Assembly (NCBI GenBank): GCA_964016885.1
Contig: OZ024740.1
Location: 317,874,001 to 317,938,000 of the forward strand
Direction of reading: 5' to 3'
Origin: Eledone cirrhosa
Lineage: Eukaryota
DNA: 64,000 bases
Within the stretch, counting starts at the first letter, position 1. Every line of letters begins with the position of its first letter. This document shows positions 42,771 to 58,500 of the stretch, piece by piece. The notes below the pieces were generated by a model. The model did no database searches and was not told where the DNA came from. It worked only from the letters and a program-made list of their open reading frames with translations. Position numbers and translations under genes: made by a program.

Positions 42771-45700
42771 AATTCTAAGACTTTCTACTACAATACTCAC
42801 AACAAATAATCCTGGATTGTCTCGTCTATTTCCACAAATTACATTCTATCTGACATTCTAACGACTCTACCAATTCGCTGTCTTTCTACTACGATACTCA
42901 CAACAAATAATCCAGGATTGTCTCGTCTATTTCCACAACATACATTCTATCTGACATTCTAACGACTCTACCAATTCGCTGTCTTTCTACTACAATACTC
43001 AACAAATAATCCAGGACTGTCTCGTCTATTTCCACAACTTACGTTCTATCTGACATTCTAAAGACTCTAACAATTCGAAGTCTTTCTACTACAATACTCA
43101 GAACAAATAATCCAGGTTTGTCTCGTCTATTTCCACAACTTACATTCTATCTAACATTCTAACGACTCTACCAATTCGAAGCCTTTTTACTACATTACTC
43201 ACAACAAATAATTCAGGATTGCCCCGTCTATTTCCACAACTTACATTCTACCTGACATTCTAACGACTCTACCAATTCGCTGTCTTTCTTCTGCAATACT
43301 CACAACAAATAATCCAGGATTGTCTCGTCTATTTCCACAACTTACATTCTATCTAACATTCTAACAACTCCACCAATTCGAAATCTTTCTACTACAATAC
43401 TCACAACAAATCATCCAGGATTGTCTCGTCTATTTCCACAACTTACGTTCTATCTGATATTCTAACGACTCTACCAATTCGAAGTCTTTCTACTACAATA
43501 CTAACAACAAATAATCCAGGATTGTCTCTTCTATTTCCACAACTTACATTCTATCTAACATTCTAACAACTCCACCAATTCGAAATCTTTCTACTACAAT
43601 ACTCACAACAAATCATCCAGGATTGTCTCGTCTATTTCCACAACTTACATTCTATCTGATATTCTAACGACTCTACCAATTCGAAGTCTTTCTACTACAA
43701 TACTAACAACAAATAATCCAGGATTGTCTCTTCTATTTCCACAACTTGCATTCTATCTGACATTCTAATGACTCTACCAATTCGAAGTCTTTCTACTACA
43801 ATACACACAACAAATAATCCAGGATTGTCTCGTCTATTTCCACAACTTGCATTCTATCTGACATTCTAACGACTCTACCAATTCGAAGTCTTTCTACTAC
43901 AATACTCACAACAAATAATCCAGGATTGTCTCGTCTATTTCCACAAATTACATTCTATCTGACATTCTAACGACTCTACCAATTCGCTGTCTTTCTACTA
44001 CAATACTCACAACAAATAATCCAGGATTGTCTCGTCTATTTCCACAACTTACATTCTATCTGATATTCTAACGACTCTACCAATTCGAAGTCTTTCTACT
44101 ACAATACTCACAACAAATAATCCAGGATTGTCTCGTCTATTTCCACAACTTACATTCTATCTGATATTCTAACGACTCTACCAATTCGAAGTCTTTCTAC
44201 TACAATACTAACAACAAATAATCCAGGAATGTCTCTTCTATTTCCACAACTTACATTCTATCTGACATTCTAACAACTCTACCAATTCGAAATCTTTCTA
44301 CTACAATACTCACAACAAATAATCTAGGATTGTCTCGTCTATTTCCACAACTTACATTCTATCTGATATTCTAACGACTCTACCAATTCGAAGTCTTTCT
44401 ACTACAATACTAACAACAAATAATCCAGGATTGTCTCTTCTATTTCCACAACTTACGTTCTATCTGACATTCTAACAACTCTACCAATTCGAAATCTTTC
44501 TACTACAATACTCACAACAAATAATCCAGGATTGTCTCGTCTATTTCCACAACTTACATTCTATCTGATATTCTAACGACTCTACCAATTCGTAGTCTTT
44601 CTACTACAATACTCACAACAAATAATCCAGGATTGTCTCGTCTATTTCCACAACTTACATTCTATCTGATATTGTAACGACTCTACCAATTCGAAGTCTT
44701 TCTACTACAATACTCACAACAAATAATCTAGGATTGTCTCGTCTATTTCCACAACTTACATTCTATCTGATATTCTAACGACTCTACCAATTCGAAGTCT
44801 TTCTACTACAATACTAACAACAAATAATCCAGGAATGTCTCTTCTATTTCCACAACTTACATTCTATCTGACATTCTAACAACTCTACCAATTCGAAATC
44901 TTTCTCCTACAATACTCACAACAAATAATCCAGGATTGTCTCGTCTATTTCCACAACTTACATTCTATCTGATATTCTAACAACTCTACCAATTCGAAGT
45001 CTTTCTACTACAATACTAACAAGAAATAATCCAGGATTGTCTCTTCTATTTCCACAACTTACATTCTATCTAACATTCGAAGAACTCCACCAATTCGAAA
45101 TCTTTCTACTACAATACTCACAACAAATCATCCAGGATTGTCTCGTCTATTTCCACAACTTACATTCTATCTGATATTCTAACGACTCTACCAATTCGAA
45201 GTCTTTCTACTACAATACTAACAACAAATAATCCAGGATTGTCTCTTCTATTTCCACAACTTGCATTCTATCTGACATTCTAACGACTCTACCAATTCGA
45301 AGTCTTTCTACTACAATACTCACAACAAATAATCCAGGATTGTCTCGTCTATTTCCACAACTTGCATTCTATCTGACATTCTAACGACTCTACCAATTCG
45401 AAGTCTTTCTACTACAATACTCACAACAAATAATCCAGGATTGTCTCGTCTATTTCCACAAATTACATTCTATCTGACATTCTAACGACTCTACCAATTC
45501 GCTGTCTTTCTACTACAATACTCACAACAAATAATCCAGGATTGTCTCGTCTATTTCCACAACATACATTCTATCTGACATTCTAACGACTCTACCAATT
45601 CGCTGTCTTTCTACTACAATACTCAACAAATAATCCAGGACTGTCTCGTCTATTTCCAAAACTTACGTTCTATCTGACATTCTAAAGACTCTAACAATTC

Positions 45701-45779
45701 GAAGTCTTTCTACTACAATACTCAGAACAAATAATCCAGGTTTGTCTCGTCTATTTCCACAACTTACATTCTATCTAAC

Positions 45780-48470
45780 ATTCTAACGACTCTACCAATT
45801 CGAAGTCTTTCTACTACAATACTAACAACAAATAATCCAGGATTGTCTCTTCTATTTCCACAACTTACATTCTATCTAACATTCTAACGCCTCTACCAAT
45901 TCGAAGCCTTTTTTCTACATTACTCACAACAAATAATTCAGGATTGCCCCGTCTATTTCCACAACTTACATTCTACCTGACATTCTAACGACTCTACCAA
46001 TTCGCTGTCTTTCTACTACAATATTCACAACAAATAATCCAGGATTGTCTCGTCCTATTTCCACAACTTACATTCTATCTAACATTCTAACAACTCCACC
46101 AATTCGAAATCTTTCTACTACAATACTCACAACAAATCATCCAGGATTGTCTCGTCTATTTCCACAACTTACGTTCTATCTGATATTCTAACGACTCTAC
46201 CAATTCGAAGTCTTTCTACTACAATACTAACAACAAATAATCCAGGATTGTCTCTTCTATTTCCACAACTTACATTCTATCTAACATTCTAACAACTCCA
46301 CCAATTCGAAATCTTTCTACTACAATACTCACAACAAATCATCCAGGATTGTCTCGTCTATTTCCACAACTTACATTCTATCTGATATTCTAACGACTCT
46401 ACCAATTCGAAGTCTTTCTACTACAATACTAACAACAAATAATCCAGGATTGTCTCTTCTATTTCCACAACTTGCATTCTATCTGAAATTCTAATGACTC
46501 TACCAATTCGAAGTCTTTCTACTACAATACACACAACAAATAATCCAGGATTGTCTCGTCTATTTCCACAACTTGCATTCTATCTGACATTCTAACGACT
46601 CTACCAATTCGAAGTCTTTCTACTACAATACTCACAACAAATAATGCAGGATTGTCTCGTCTATTTCCACAAATTACATTCTATCTGACATTCTAACGAC
46701 TCTACCAATTCGCTGTCTTTCTACTACAATACTCACAACAAATAATCCAGGATTGTCTCGTCTATTTCCACAACTTACATTCTATCTAACATTCTAACGA
46801 CTCTACCAATTCGAAGCCTTTTTACTACATTACTCACAACAAATAATTCAGGATTGTCTCGTCTCTTTCCACAAATTACATTCTATCTGACATTCTAACG
46901 ACTCTACCAATTCGCTGTCTTTCTACTACAATACTCACAACAAATAATCCAGGATTGTCTCGTCCATTTCCACAACTTACATTCTATCTGATATTCTAAC
47001 GACTCTACCAATTCGAAGACTTTCTACTACAATACTCACAACAAATAATCCAGGTATGTCTCGTCTATTTCCACAACTTACATTCTATCTGATATTCTAA
47101 CGACTCTACCAATTCGAAGTCTTTCTACTACAATACTAACAACAAATAATCCAGGATTGTCTCTTCTATTTCCACAACTTACATTCTATCTAACATTCTA
47201 ACGCCTCTACCAATTCGAAGCCTTTTTTCTACATTACTCACAACAAATAATTCAGGATTGCCCCGTCTATTTCCACAACTTACATTCTACCTGACATTCT
47301 AACGACTCTACCAATTCGCTGTCTTTCTACTACAATATTCACAACAAATAATCCAGGATTGTCTCGTCCTATTTCCACAACTTACATTCTATCTAACATT
47401 CTAACAACTCCACCAATTCGAAATCTTTCTACTACAATACTCACAACAAATCATCCAGGATTGTCTCGTCTATTTCCACAACTTACGTTCTATCTGATAT
47501 TCTAACGACTCTACCAATTCGAAGTCTTTCTACTACAATACTAACAACAAATAATCCAGGATTGTCTCTTCTATTTCCACAACTTACATTCTATCTAACA
47601 TTCTAACAACTCCACCAATTCGAAATCTTTCTACTACAATACTCACAACAAATCATCCAGGATTGTCTCGTCTATTTCCACAACTTACATTCTATCTGAT
47701 ATTCTAACGACTCTACCAATTCGAAGTCTTTCTACTACAATACTAACAACAAATAATCCAGGATTGTCTCTTCTATTTCCACAACTTGCATTCTATCTGA
47801 AATTCTAATGACTCTACCAATTCGAAGTCTTTCTACTACAATACACACAACAAATAATCCAGGATTGTCTCGTCTATTTCCACAACTTGCATTCTATCTG
47901 ACATTCTAACGACTCTACCAATTCGAAGTCTTTCTACTACAATACTCACAACAAATAATCCAGGATTGTCTCGTCTATTTCCACAAATTACATTCTATCT
48001 GACATTCTAACGACTCTACCAATTCGCTGTCTTTCTACTACAATACTCACAACAAATAATCCAGGATTGTCTCGTCTATTTCCACAACTTACATTCTATC
48101 TAACATTCTAACGACTCTACCAATTCGAAGCCTTTTTACTACATTACTCACAACAAATAATTCAGGATTGTCTCGTCTCTTTCCACAAATTACATTCTAT
48201 CTGACATTCTAACGACTCTACCAATTCGCTGTCTTTCTACTACAATACTCACAACAAATAATCCAGGATTGTCTCGTCCATTTCCACAACTTACATTCTA
48301 TCTGATATTCTAACGACTCTACCAATTCGAAGACTTTCTACTACAATACTCACAACAAATAATCCAGGTATGTCTCGTCTATTTCCACAACTTACATTCT
48401 ATCTGATATTCTAACGACTCTACCAATTCGAAGTCTTTCTACTACAATACTAACAACAAATAATCCAGGA
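45780..48470. repeat. Near-perfect tandem duplication, period 1314 bp (13 monomers plus a 1-bp insertion)
   Basis: Shared rare variants: the 1-bp insertion CGTCCTATTT (46051/47365), CTGAAATTC (46483/47797), GTCCATTT (46962/48276) and GGTATGTC (47053/48367). Confidence 0.95.
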
Positions 48471-48639
48471 ATGTCTCTTCTATTTCCACAACTTACATTC
48501 TATCTGACATTCTAACAACTCTACCAATTCGAAATCTTTCTACTACAATACTCACAACAAATAATCCAGGATTGTCTCGTCTATTTCCACAACTTACATT
48601 CTATCTGATATTCTAACGACTCTACCAATTCGAAGTCTT

Positions 48640-51600
48640 TCTACTACAATACTAACAACAAATAATCCAGGATTGTCTCTTCTATTTCCACAACTTACGT
48701 TCTATCTGACATTCTAACAACTCTACCAATTCGAAATCTTTCTACTACAATACTCACAACAAATAATCCAGGATTGTCTCGTCTATTTCCACAACTTACA
48801 TTCTATCTGATATTCTAACGACTCTACCAATTCGAAGTCTTTCTACTACAATACTCACAACAAATAATCCAGGATTGTCTCGTCTATTTCCACAACTTAC
48901 ATTCTATCTGATATTCTAACGACTCTACCAATTCGAAGTCTTTCTACTACAATACTAACAACAAATAATCCAGGAATGTCTCTTCTATTTCCACAACTTA
49001 CATTCTATGTGACATTCTAACAACTCTACCAATTCGAAATCTTTCTCCTACAATACTCACAACAAATAATCCAGGATTGTCTCGTCTATTTCCACAACTT
49101 ACATTCTATCTGATATTCTAACGACTCTACCAATTCGAAGTCTTTCTACTACAATACTAACAACAAATAATCCAGGATTGTCTCTTCTATTTCCACAACT
49201 TACATTCTATCTAACATTCTAAGAACTCCACCAATTCGAAATCTTTCTACTACAATACTCACAACAAATCATCCAGGATTGTCTCGTCTATTTCCACAAC
49301 TTACATTCTATCTGATATTCTAACGACTCTACCAATTCGAAGTCTTTCTACTACAATACTAACAACAAATAATCCAGGATTGTCTCTTCTATTTCCACAA
49401 CTTGCATTCTATCTGACATTCTAACGACTCTACCAATTCGAAGTCTTTCTACTACAATACTCACAACAAATAATCCAGGATTGTCTCGTCTATTTCCACA
49501 ACTTGCATTCTATCTGACATTCTAACGACTCTACCAATTCGAAGTCTTTCTACTACAATACTCACAACAAATAATCCAGGATTGTCTCGTCTATTTCCAC
49601 AAATTACATTCTATCTGACATTCTAACGACTCTACCAATTCGCTGTCTTTCTACTACAATACTCACAACAAATAATCCAGGATTGTCTCGTCTATTTCCA
49701 CAACATACATTCTATCTGACATTCTAACGACTCTACCAATTCGCTGTCTTTCTACTACAATACTCAACAAATAATCCAGGACTGTCTCGTCTATTTCCAA
49801 AACTTACGTTCTATCTGACATTCTAAAGACTCTAACAATTCGAAGTCTTTCTACTACAATACTCAGAACAAATAATCCAGGTTTGTCTCGTCTATTTCCA
49901 CAACTTACATTCTATCTAACATTCTAACGACTCTACCAATTCGAAGTCTTTCTACTACAATACTAACAACAAATAATCCAGGATTGTCTCTTCTATTTCC
50001 ACAACTTACATTCTATCTAACATTCTAACGCCTCTACCAATTCGAAGCCTTTTTTCTACATTACTCACAACAAATAATTCAGGATTGCCCCGTCTATTTC
50101 CACAACTTACATTCTACCTGACATTCTAACGACTCTACCAATTCGCTGTCTTTCTACTACAATACTTACAACAAATAATCCAGGATTGTCTCGTCTATTT
50201 CCACAACTTACATTCTATCTAACATTCTAACAACTCCACCAATTCGAAATCTTTCTACTACAATACTCACAACAAATAATCCAGGATTGTCTCGTCTATT
50301 TCCACAACTTACATTCTATCTGATATTCTAACGACTCTACCAATTCGAAGTCTTTCTACTACAATACTAACAACAAATAATCCAGGATTGTCTCTTCTAT
50401 TTCCACAACTTACATTCTATCTAACATTCTAACAACTCCACCAATTCGAAATCTTTCTACTACAATACTCACAACAAATCATCCAGGATTGTCTCGTCTA
50501 TTTCCACAACTTACATTCTATCTGATATTCTAACGACTCTACGAATTCGAAGTCTTTCTACTACAATACTAACAACAAATAATCCAGGATTGTCTCTTCT
50601 ATTTCCACAACTTACGTTCTATCTGACATTCTAACAACTCTACCAATTCGAAATCTTTCTACTACAATACTCACAACAAATAATCCAGGATTGTCTCGTC
50701 TATTTCCACAACTTACGTTCTATCTGATATTCTAACGACTCTACCAATTCGAAGTCTTTCTACTACAATACTCACAACAAATAATCCAGGATTGTCTCGT
50801 CTATTTCCACAACTTACATTCTATCTGATATTGTAACGGCTCTACCAATTCGAAGTCTTTCTACTACAATACTAACAACAAATAATCCAGGAATGTCTCT
50901 TCTATTTCCACAACTTACATTCTATCTGACATTCTAACAACTCTACCAATTCGAAATCTTTCTCCTACAATACTCACAACAAATAATCCAGGATTGTCTC
51001 GTCTATTTCCACAACTTACATTCTATCTGATATTCTAACGACTCTACCAATTCGAAGTCTTTCTACTACAATACTAACAACAAATAATCCAGGATTGTCT
51101 CTTCTATTTCCACAACTTACATTCTATCTAACATTCTAAGAACTCCACCAATTCGAAATCTTTCTACTACAATACTCACAACAAATCATCCAGGATTGTC
51201 TCGTCTATTTCCACAACTTACATTCTATCTGATATTCTAACGACTCTACCAATTCGAAGTCTTTCTACTACAATACTAACAACAAATAATCCAGGATTGT
51301 CTCTTCTATTTCCACAACTTGCATTCTATCTGACATTCTAACGACTCTACCAATTCGAAGTCTTTCTACTACAATACTCACAACAAATAATCCAGGATTG
51401 TCTCGTCTATTTCCACAACTTGCATTCTATCTGACATTCTAACGACTCTACCAATTCGAAGTCTTTCTACTACAATACTCACAACAAATAATCCAGGATT
51501 GTCTCGTCTATTTCCACAAATTACATTCTATCTGACATTCTAACGACTCTACCAATTCGCTGTCTTTCTACTACAATACTCACAACAAATAATCCAGGAT

Positions 51601-52530
51601 TGTCTCGTCTATTTCCACAACATACATTCTATCTGACATTCTAACGACTCTACCAATTCGCTGTCTTTCTACTACAATACTCAACAAATAATCCAGGACT
51701 GTCTCGTCTATTTCCAAAACTTACGTTCTATCTGACATTCTAAAGACTCTAACAATTCGAAGTCTTTCTACTACAATACTCAGAACAAATAATCCAGGTT
51801 TGTCTCGTCTATTTCCACAACTTACATTCTATCTAACATTCTAACGACTCTACCAATTCGAAGTCTTTCTACTACAATACTAACAACAAATAATCCAGGA
51901 TTGTCTCTTCTATTTCCACAACTTACATTCTATCTAACATTCTAACGCCTCTACCAATTCGAAGCCTTTTTTCTACATTACTCACAACAAATAATTCAGG
52001 ATTGCCCCGTCTATTTCCACAACTTACATTCTACCTGACATTCTAACGACTCTACCAATTCGCTGTCTTTCTACTACAATACTCACAACAAATAATCCAG
52101 GATTGTCTCGTCTATTTCCACAACTTACATTCTATCTAACATTCTAACAACTCCACCAATTCGAAATCTTTCTACTATAATACTCACAACAAATAATCCA
52201 GGATTGTCTCGTCTATTTCCACAACTTACATTCTATCTGATATTCTAACGACTCTACCAATTCGAAGTCTTTCTACTACAATACTAACAACAAATAATCC
52301 AGGATTGTCTCTTCTATTTCCACAACTTACATTCTATCTAACATTCTAACAACTCCACCAATTCGAAATCTTTCTACTACAATACTCACAACAAATCATC
52401 CAGGATTGTCTCGTCTATTTCCACAACTTACATTCTATCTGATATTCTAACGACTCTACGAATTCGAAGTCTTTCTACTACAATACTAACAACAAATAAT
52501 CCAGGATTGTCTCTTCTATTTCCACAACTT
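48640..52530. repeat. Tandem duplication, period 1917 bp (19 monomers), with a few copy-specific SNPs
   Basis: The same monomer order repeats, with GGACTG...TCCAAAAC at 49779/51696 and AACGCCTCTA at 50027/51944. Copy-specific changes lie near 49009, 50167, 50833-50839 and 52178. Confidence 0.85.
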
Positions 52531-55500
52531 GCATTCTATCTGACATTCTAATGACTCTACCAATTCGAAGTCTTTCTACTACAATACTCACAACAAATAA
52601 TCCAGGATTGTCTCGTCTATTTCCACAACTTGCATTCTATCTGACATTCTAACGACTCTACCAATTCGAAGTCTTTCTACTACAATACTAACAACAAATA
52701 ATCCAGGAATGTCTCTTCTATTTCCACAACTTACATTCTATCTGACATTCTAACAACTCTACCAATTCGAAATCTTTCTCCTACAATACTCACAACAAAT
52801 AATCCAGGATTGTCTCGTCTATTTCCACAACTTACATTCTATCTGATATTCTAACGACTCTACCAATTCGAAGTCTTTCTACTACAATACTAACAACAAA
52901 TAATCCAGGATTGTCTCTTCTATTTCCACAACTTGCATTCTATCTGACATTCTAACGACTCTACCAATTCGAAGTCTTTCTACTACAATACTCACAACAA
53001 ATAATCCAGGATTGTCTCGTCTATTTCCACAACTTGCATTCTATCTGACATTCTAACGACTCTACCAATTCGAAGTCTTTCTACTACAATACTCACAACA
53101 AATAATCCAGGATTGTCTCGTCTATTTCCACAAATTACACTCTATCTGACATTCTAACGACTCTACCAATTCGCTGTCTTTCTACTACAATACTCACAAC
53201 AAATAATCCAGGATTGTCTCGTCTATTTCCACAACTTGCATTCTATCTGACATTCTAACGACTCTACCAATTCGAAGTCTTTCTACTACAATACTCACAA
53301 CAAATAATCCAGGATTGTCTCGTCTATTTCCACAACATACATTCTATCTGACATTCTAACGACTCTACCAATTCGCTGTCTTTCTACTACAATACTCAAC
53401 AAATAATCCAGGACTGTCTCGTCTATTTCCAAAACTTACGTTCTATCTGACATTCTAAAGACTCTAACAATTCGAAGTCTTTCTACTACAATACTCAGAA
53501 CAAATAATCCAGGTTTGTCTCGTCTATTTCCACAACTTACATTCTATCTAACATTCTAACGACTCTACCAATTCGAAGTCTTTCTACTACAATACTAACA
53601 ACAAATAATCCAGGATTGTCTCTTCTATTTCCACAACTTACATTCTATCTAACATTCTAACGCCTCTACCAATTCGAAGCCTTTTTTCTACATTACTCAC
53701 AACAAATAATTCAGGATTGCCCCGTCTATTTCCACAACTTACATTCTACCTGACATTCTAACGACTCTACCAATTCGCTGTCTTTCTACTACAATACTCA
53801 CAACAAATAATCCAGGATTGTCGCGTCTATTTCCACAACTTACATTCTATCTAACATTCTAACAACTCCACCAATTCGAAATCTTTCTACTACAATACTC
53901 ACAACAAATAATCCAGGATTGTCTCGTCTATTTCCACAACTTACATTCTATCTGATATTCTAACGACTCTACCAATTCGAAGTCTTTCTACTACAATACT
54001 AACAACAAATAATCCAGGATTGTCTCTTCTATTTCCACAACTTACATTCTATCTAACATTCTAACAACTCCACCAATTCGAAATCTTTCTACTACAATAC
54101 TCACAACAAATCATCCAGGATTGTCTCGTCTATTTCCACAACTTACATTCTATCTGATATTCTAACGACTCTACGAATTCGAAGTCTTTCTACTACAATA
54201 CTAACAACAAATAATCCAGGATTGTCTCTTCTATTTCCACAACTTGCATTCTATCTGACATTCTAATGACTCTACCAATTCGAAGTCTTTCTACTACAAT
54301 ACTCACAACAAATAATCCAGGATTGTCTCGTCTATTTCCACAACTTACATTCTATCTAACATTCTAACAACTCCACCAATTCGAAATCTTTCTACTACAA
54401 TACTCACAACAAATCATCCAGGATTGTCTCGTCTATTTCCACAACTTACATTCTATCTGATATTCTAACGACTCTACGAATTCGAAGTCTTTCTACTACA
54501 ATACTAACAACAAATAATCCAGGATTGTCTCTTCTATTTCCACAACTTACATTCTATCTAACATTCTAACGCCTCTACCAATTCGAAGCCTTTTTTCTAC
54601 ATTACTCACAACAAATAATTCAGGATTGCCCCGTCTATTTCCACAACTTACATTCTACCTGACATTCTAACGACTCTACCAATTCGCTGTCTTTCTACTA
54701 CAATACTCACAACAAATAATCCAGGATTGTCGCGTCTATTTCCACAACTTACATTCTATCTAACATTCTAACGACTCTACCAATTCGAAGCCTTTTTACT
54801 ACATTACTCACAACAAATAATTCAGGATTGTCACGTCTATTTCCACAAATTACGTTCTATCTGACATTCTAACGACTCTACCAATTCGCTGTCTTTCTAC
54901 TACAATACTCACAACAAATAATCCAGGATTGTCTCGTCTATTTCCACAACTTACATTCTATCTAACATTCTAACAACTCCACCAATTCGAAATGTTTCTA
55001 CTACAATACTCACAACAAATCATCCAGGATTGTCTCGTCTATTTCCACAACTTACATTCTATCTGATATTCTAACGACTCTACGAATTCGAAGTCTTTCT
55101 ACTACAATACTAACAACAAATAATCCAGGATTGTCTCTTCTATTTCCACAACTTGCATTCTATCTGACATTCTAATGACTCTACCAATTCGAAGTCTTTC
55201 TACTACAATACTCACAACAAATAATCCAGGATTGTCTCGTCTATTTCCACAACTTACATTCTATCTAACATTCTAACGACTCTACCAATTCGAAGCCTTT
55301 TTACTACATTACTCACAACAAATAATCCAGGATTGTCTCGTCTATTTCCACAACTTACATTCTATCTGATATTCTAACGACTCTACCAATTCGAAGTCTT
55401 TCTACTACAATACTCACAACAAATAATCCAGGATTGTCTCGTCTATTTCCACAACTTACATTCTATCTGATATTCTAACGACTCTACCAATTCGAAGTCT

Positions 55501-58500
55501 TTCTACTACAATACTAACAACAAATAATCCAGGATTGTCTCGTATATTTCCACAACTTACGTTCTATCTGACATTCTAACAACTCTACCAATTCGAAGTC
55601 TTTCTACTACAATACTCACAACAAATAATACAGGATTCGCTCGTCTATTTCCACAACTTACATTCTATCTGATATTCTAACGACTCTACCAATTCGAAGT
55701 CTTTCTACTACAATACTAACAACAAATAATCCAGGATTGTCTCTTCTATTTCCACAACTTACATTCTATCTAACATTCTAACAACTCCACCAATTCGAAA
55801 TCTTTCTACTACAATACTCACAACAAATCATCCAGGATTGTCTCGTCTATTTCCACAACTTACATTCTATCTGATATTCTAACGACTCTACAAATTCGAA
55901 GTCTTTCTACTACAATACTAACAACAAATAATCCAGGATTGTCTCTTCTATTTCCACAACTTACATTCTATCTGACATTCTAATGACTCTACCAATTCGA
56001 AGTCTTTCTACTACAATACTCACAACAAATAATCCAGGATTGTCTCGTCTATTTCCACAACTTGCATTCTATCTGACATTCTAACGACTCTACCAATTTG
56101 AAATCTTTCTACTGCAATACTCACAACAAATAATCCAGGATTGTCTCGTCTATTTCCACAAATTACATTCTATCTGACATTCTAACGACTCTACCAATTC
56201 GAAGTCTTTCTACTACAATACTCACAACAAATAATCCAGGATTGTCTCGTCTATTTCCACAACATACATTCTATCTGACATTCTAACGACTCTACCAATT
56301 CGCTGTCTTTCTACTACAATACTCAACAAATAATCCAGGACTGTCTCGTCTATTTCCACAACTTACGTTCTATCTGACATTCTAAAGACTCTAACAATTC
56401 GAAGTCTTTCTACTACAATACTCAGAACAAATAATCCAGGTTTGTCTCGTCTATTTCCACAACTTACATTCTATCTAACATTCTAACGACTCTACCAATT
56501 CGAAGCCTTTTTACTACATTACTCACAACAAATAATTCAGGATTGTCTCGTCTATTTCCACAAATTACGTTCTATCTGACATTCTAACGACTCTACCAAT
56601 TCGCTGTCTTTCTACTACAATACTCACAACAAATAATCCAGGATTGTCTCGTCTATTTCCACAACTTACATTCTATCTAACATTCTAACAACTCCACCAA
56701 TTCGAAATGTTTCTACTACAATACTAACAACAAATAATCCAGGATTGTCTCTTCTATTTCCACAACTTGCATTCTATCTGACATTCTAATGACTCTACCA
56801 ATTCGAAGTCTTTCTACTACAATACTCACAACAAATAATCCAGGATTGTCTCGTCTAATTCCACAACTTGCATTCTATCTGACATTCTAACGACTCAACC
56901 AATCTGAAGTCTTTCTACTACAATACTCACAACAAATAATCCAGGATTGTCTCGTCTATTTCCACAAATTACATTCTATCTGACATTCTAACGACTCTAC
57001 CAATTCGCTGTTTTTCTACTACAATACTCACAACAAATAATCCAGGATTGTCTCGTCTATTTCCACAACATACATTCTATCTGACATTCTAACGACTCTA
57101 CCAATTCGCTGTCTTTCTACTACAATACTCAACAAATAATCCAGGACTGTCTCGTCTATTTCCACAACTTACGTTCTATCTGACATTCTAAAGACTCTAA
57201 CAATTCGAAGTCTTTCTACTACAATACTCAGAACAAATAATCCAGGTTTGTCTCGTCTATTTCCACAACTTATATTCTATCTAACATTCTAACGACTCTA
57301 CCAATTCGAAGCCTTTTTTCTACATTACTCACAACAAATAATTCAGGATTGCCCCGTCTATTTCCACAACTTACATTCTATCTGACATTCTAACGACTCT
57401 ACCAATTCGCTGTCTTTCTACTACAATACTCACAACAAATAATCCAGGATTGTCTCGTCTATTTCCACAACTTACATTCTATCTAACATTCTAACAACTC
57501 CACAAATTCGAAATCTTTCTACTACAATACTCACAACAAATCATCCAGGATTGTCTCGTCTATTTCCACAACTTACGTTCTATCTGATATTCTAACGACT
57601 CTACCAATTCGAAGTCTTTCTACTACAATACTAACAACAAATAATCCAGGATTGTCTCTTCTATTTCCACAACTTACATTCTATCTAAAATTCTAACAAC
57701 TCCACCAATTCGAAATCTTTCTACTACAATACTCACAACAAATAATCGAGGATTGTCCCGTCTATTTCCACAACTTACATTCTATCTGATATTCTAACGA
57801 CTCTACCAATTCGAAGTCTTTCTACTACAATACTCACAACAAATAATCCAGGATTGTCTCGTCTATTTCCACAACTTGCATTCTATCTGACATTCTAACG
57901 ACTCTACCAATTTGAAATCTTTCTACTACAATACTCAGAACAAATAATCCAGGTTTGTCTCGTCTATTTCCACAACTTACATTCTATCTAACATTCTAAC
58001 GACTCTACCAATTCGAAGCCTTTTTACTACATTACTCACAACAAATAATTCAGGATCGTCTCGTCTATTTCCACAAATTACGTTCTATCTGACATTCTAA
58101 CGACTCTACCAATTCGCTGTCTTTCTACTACAATACTCACAACAAATAATCCAGGATTGTCTCGTCTATTTCCACAACTTACATTCTATCTAACATTCTA
58201 ACAACTCCACCAATTCGAAATGTTTCTACTACAATACTCACAACAAATCATCCAGGATTGTCTCGTCTATTTCCACAACTTACATTCTATCTGATATTCT
58301 AACGACTCTACGAATTCGAAGTCTTTCTACTACAATACTAACAACAAATAATCCAGGATTGTCTCTTCTATTTCCACAACTTGCATTCTATCTGACATTC
58401 TAATGACTCTACCAATTCGAAGTCTTTCTACTACAATACTCACAACAAATAATCCAGGATTGTCTCGTCTATTTCCACAACTTACATTCTATCTAACATT

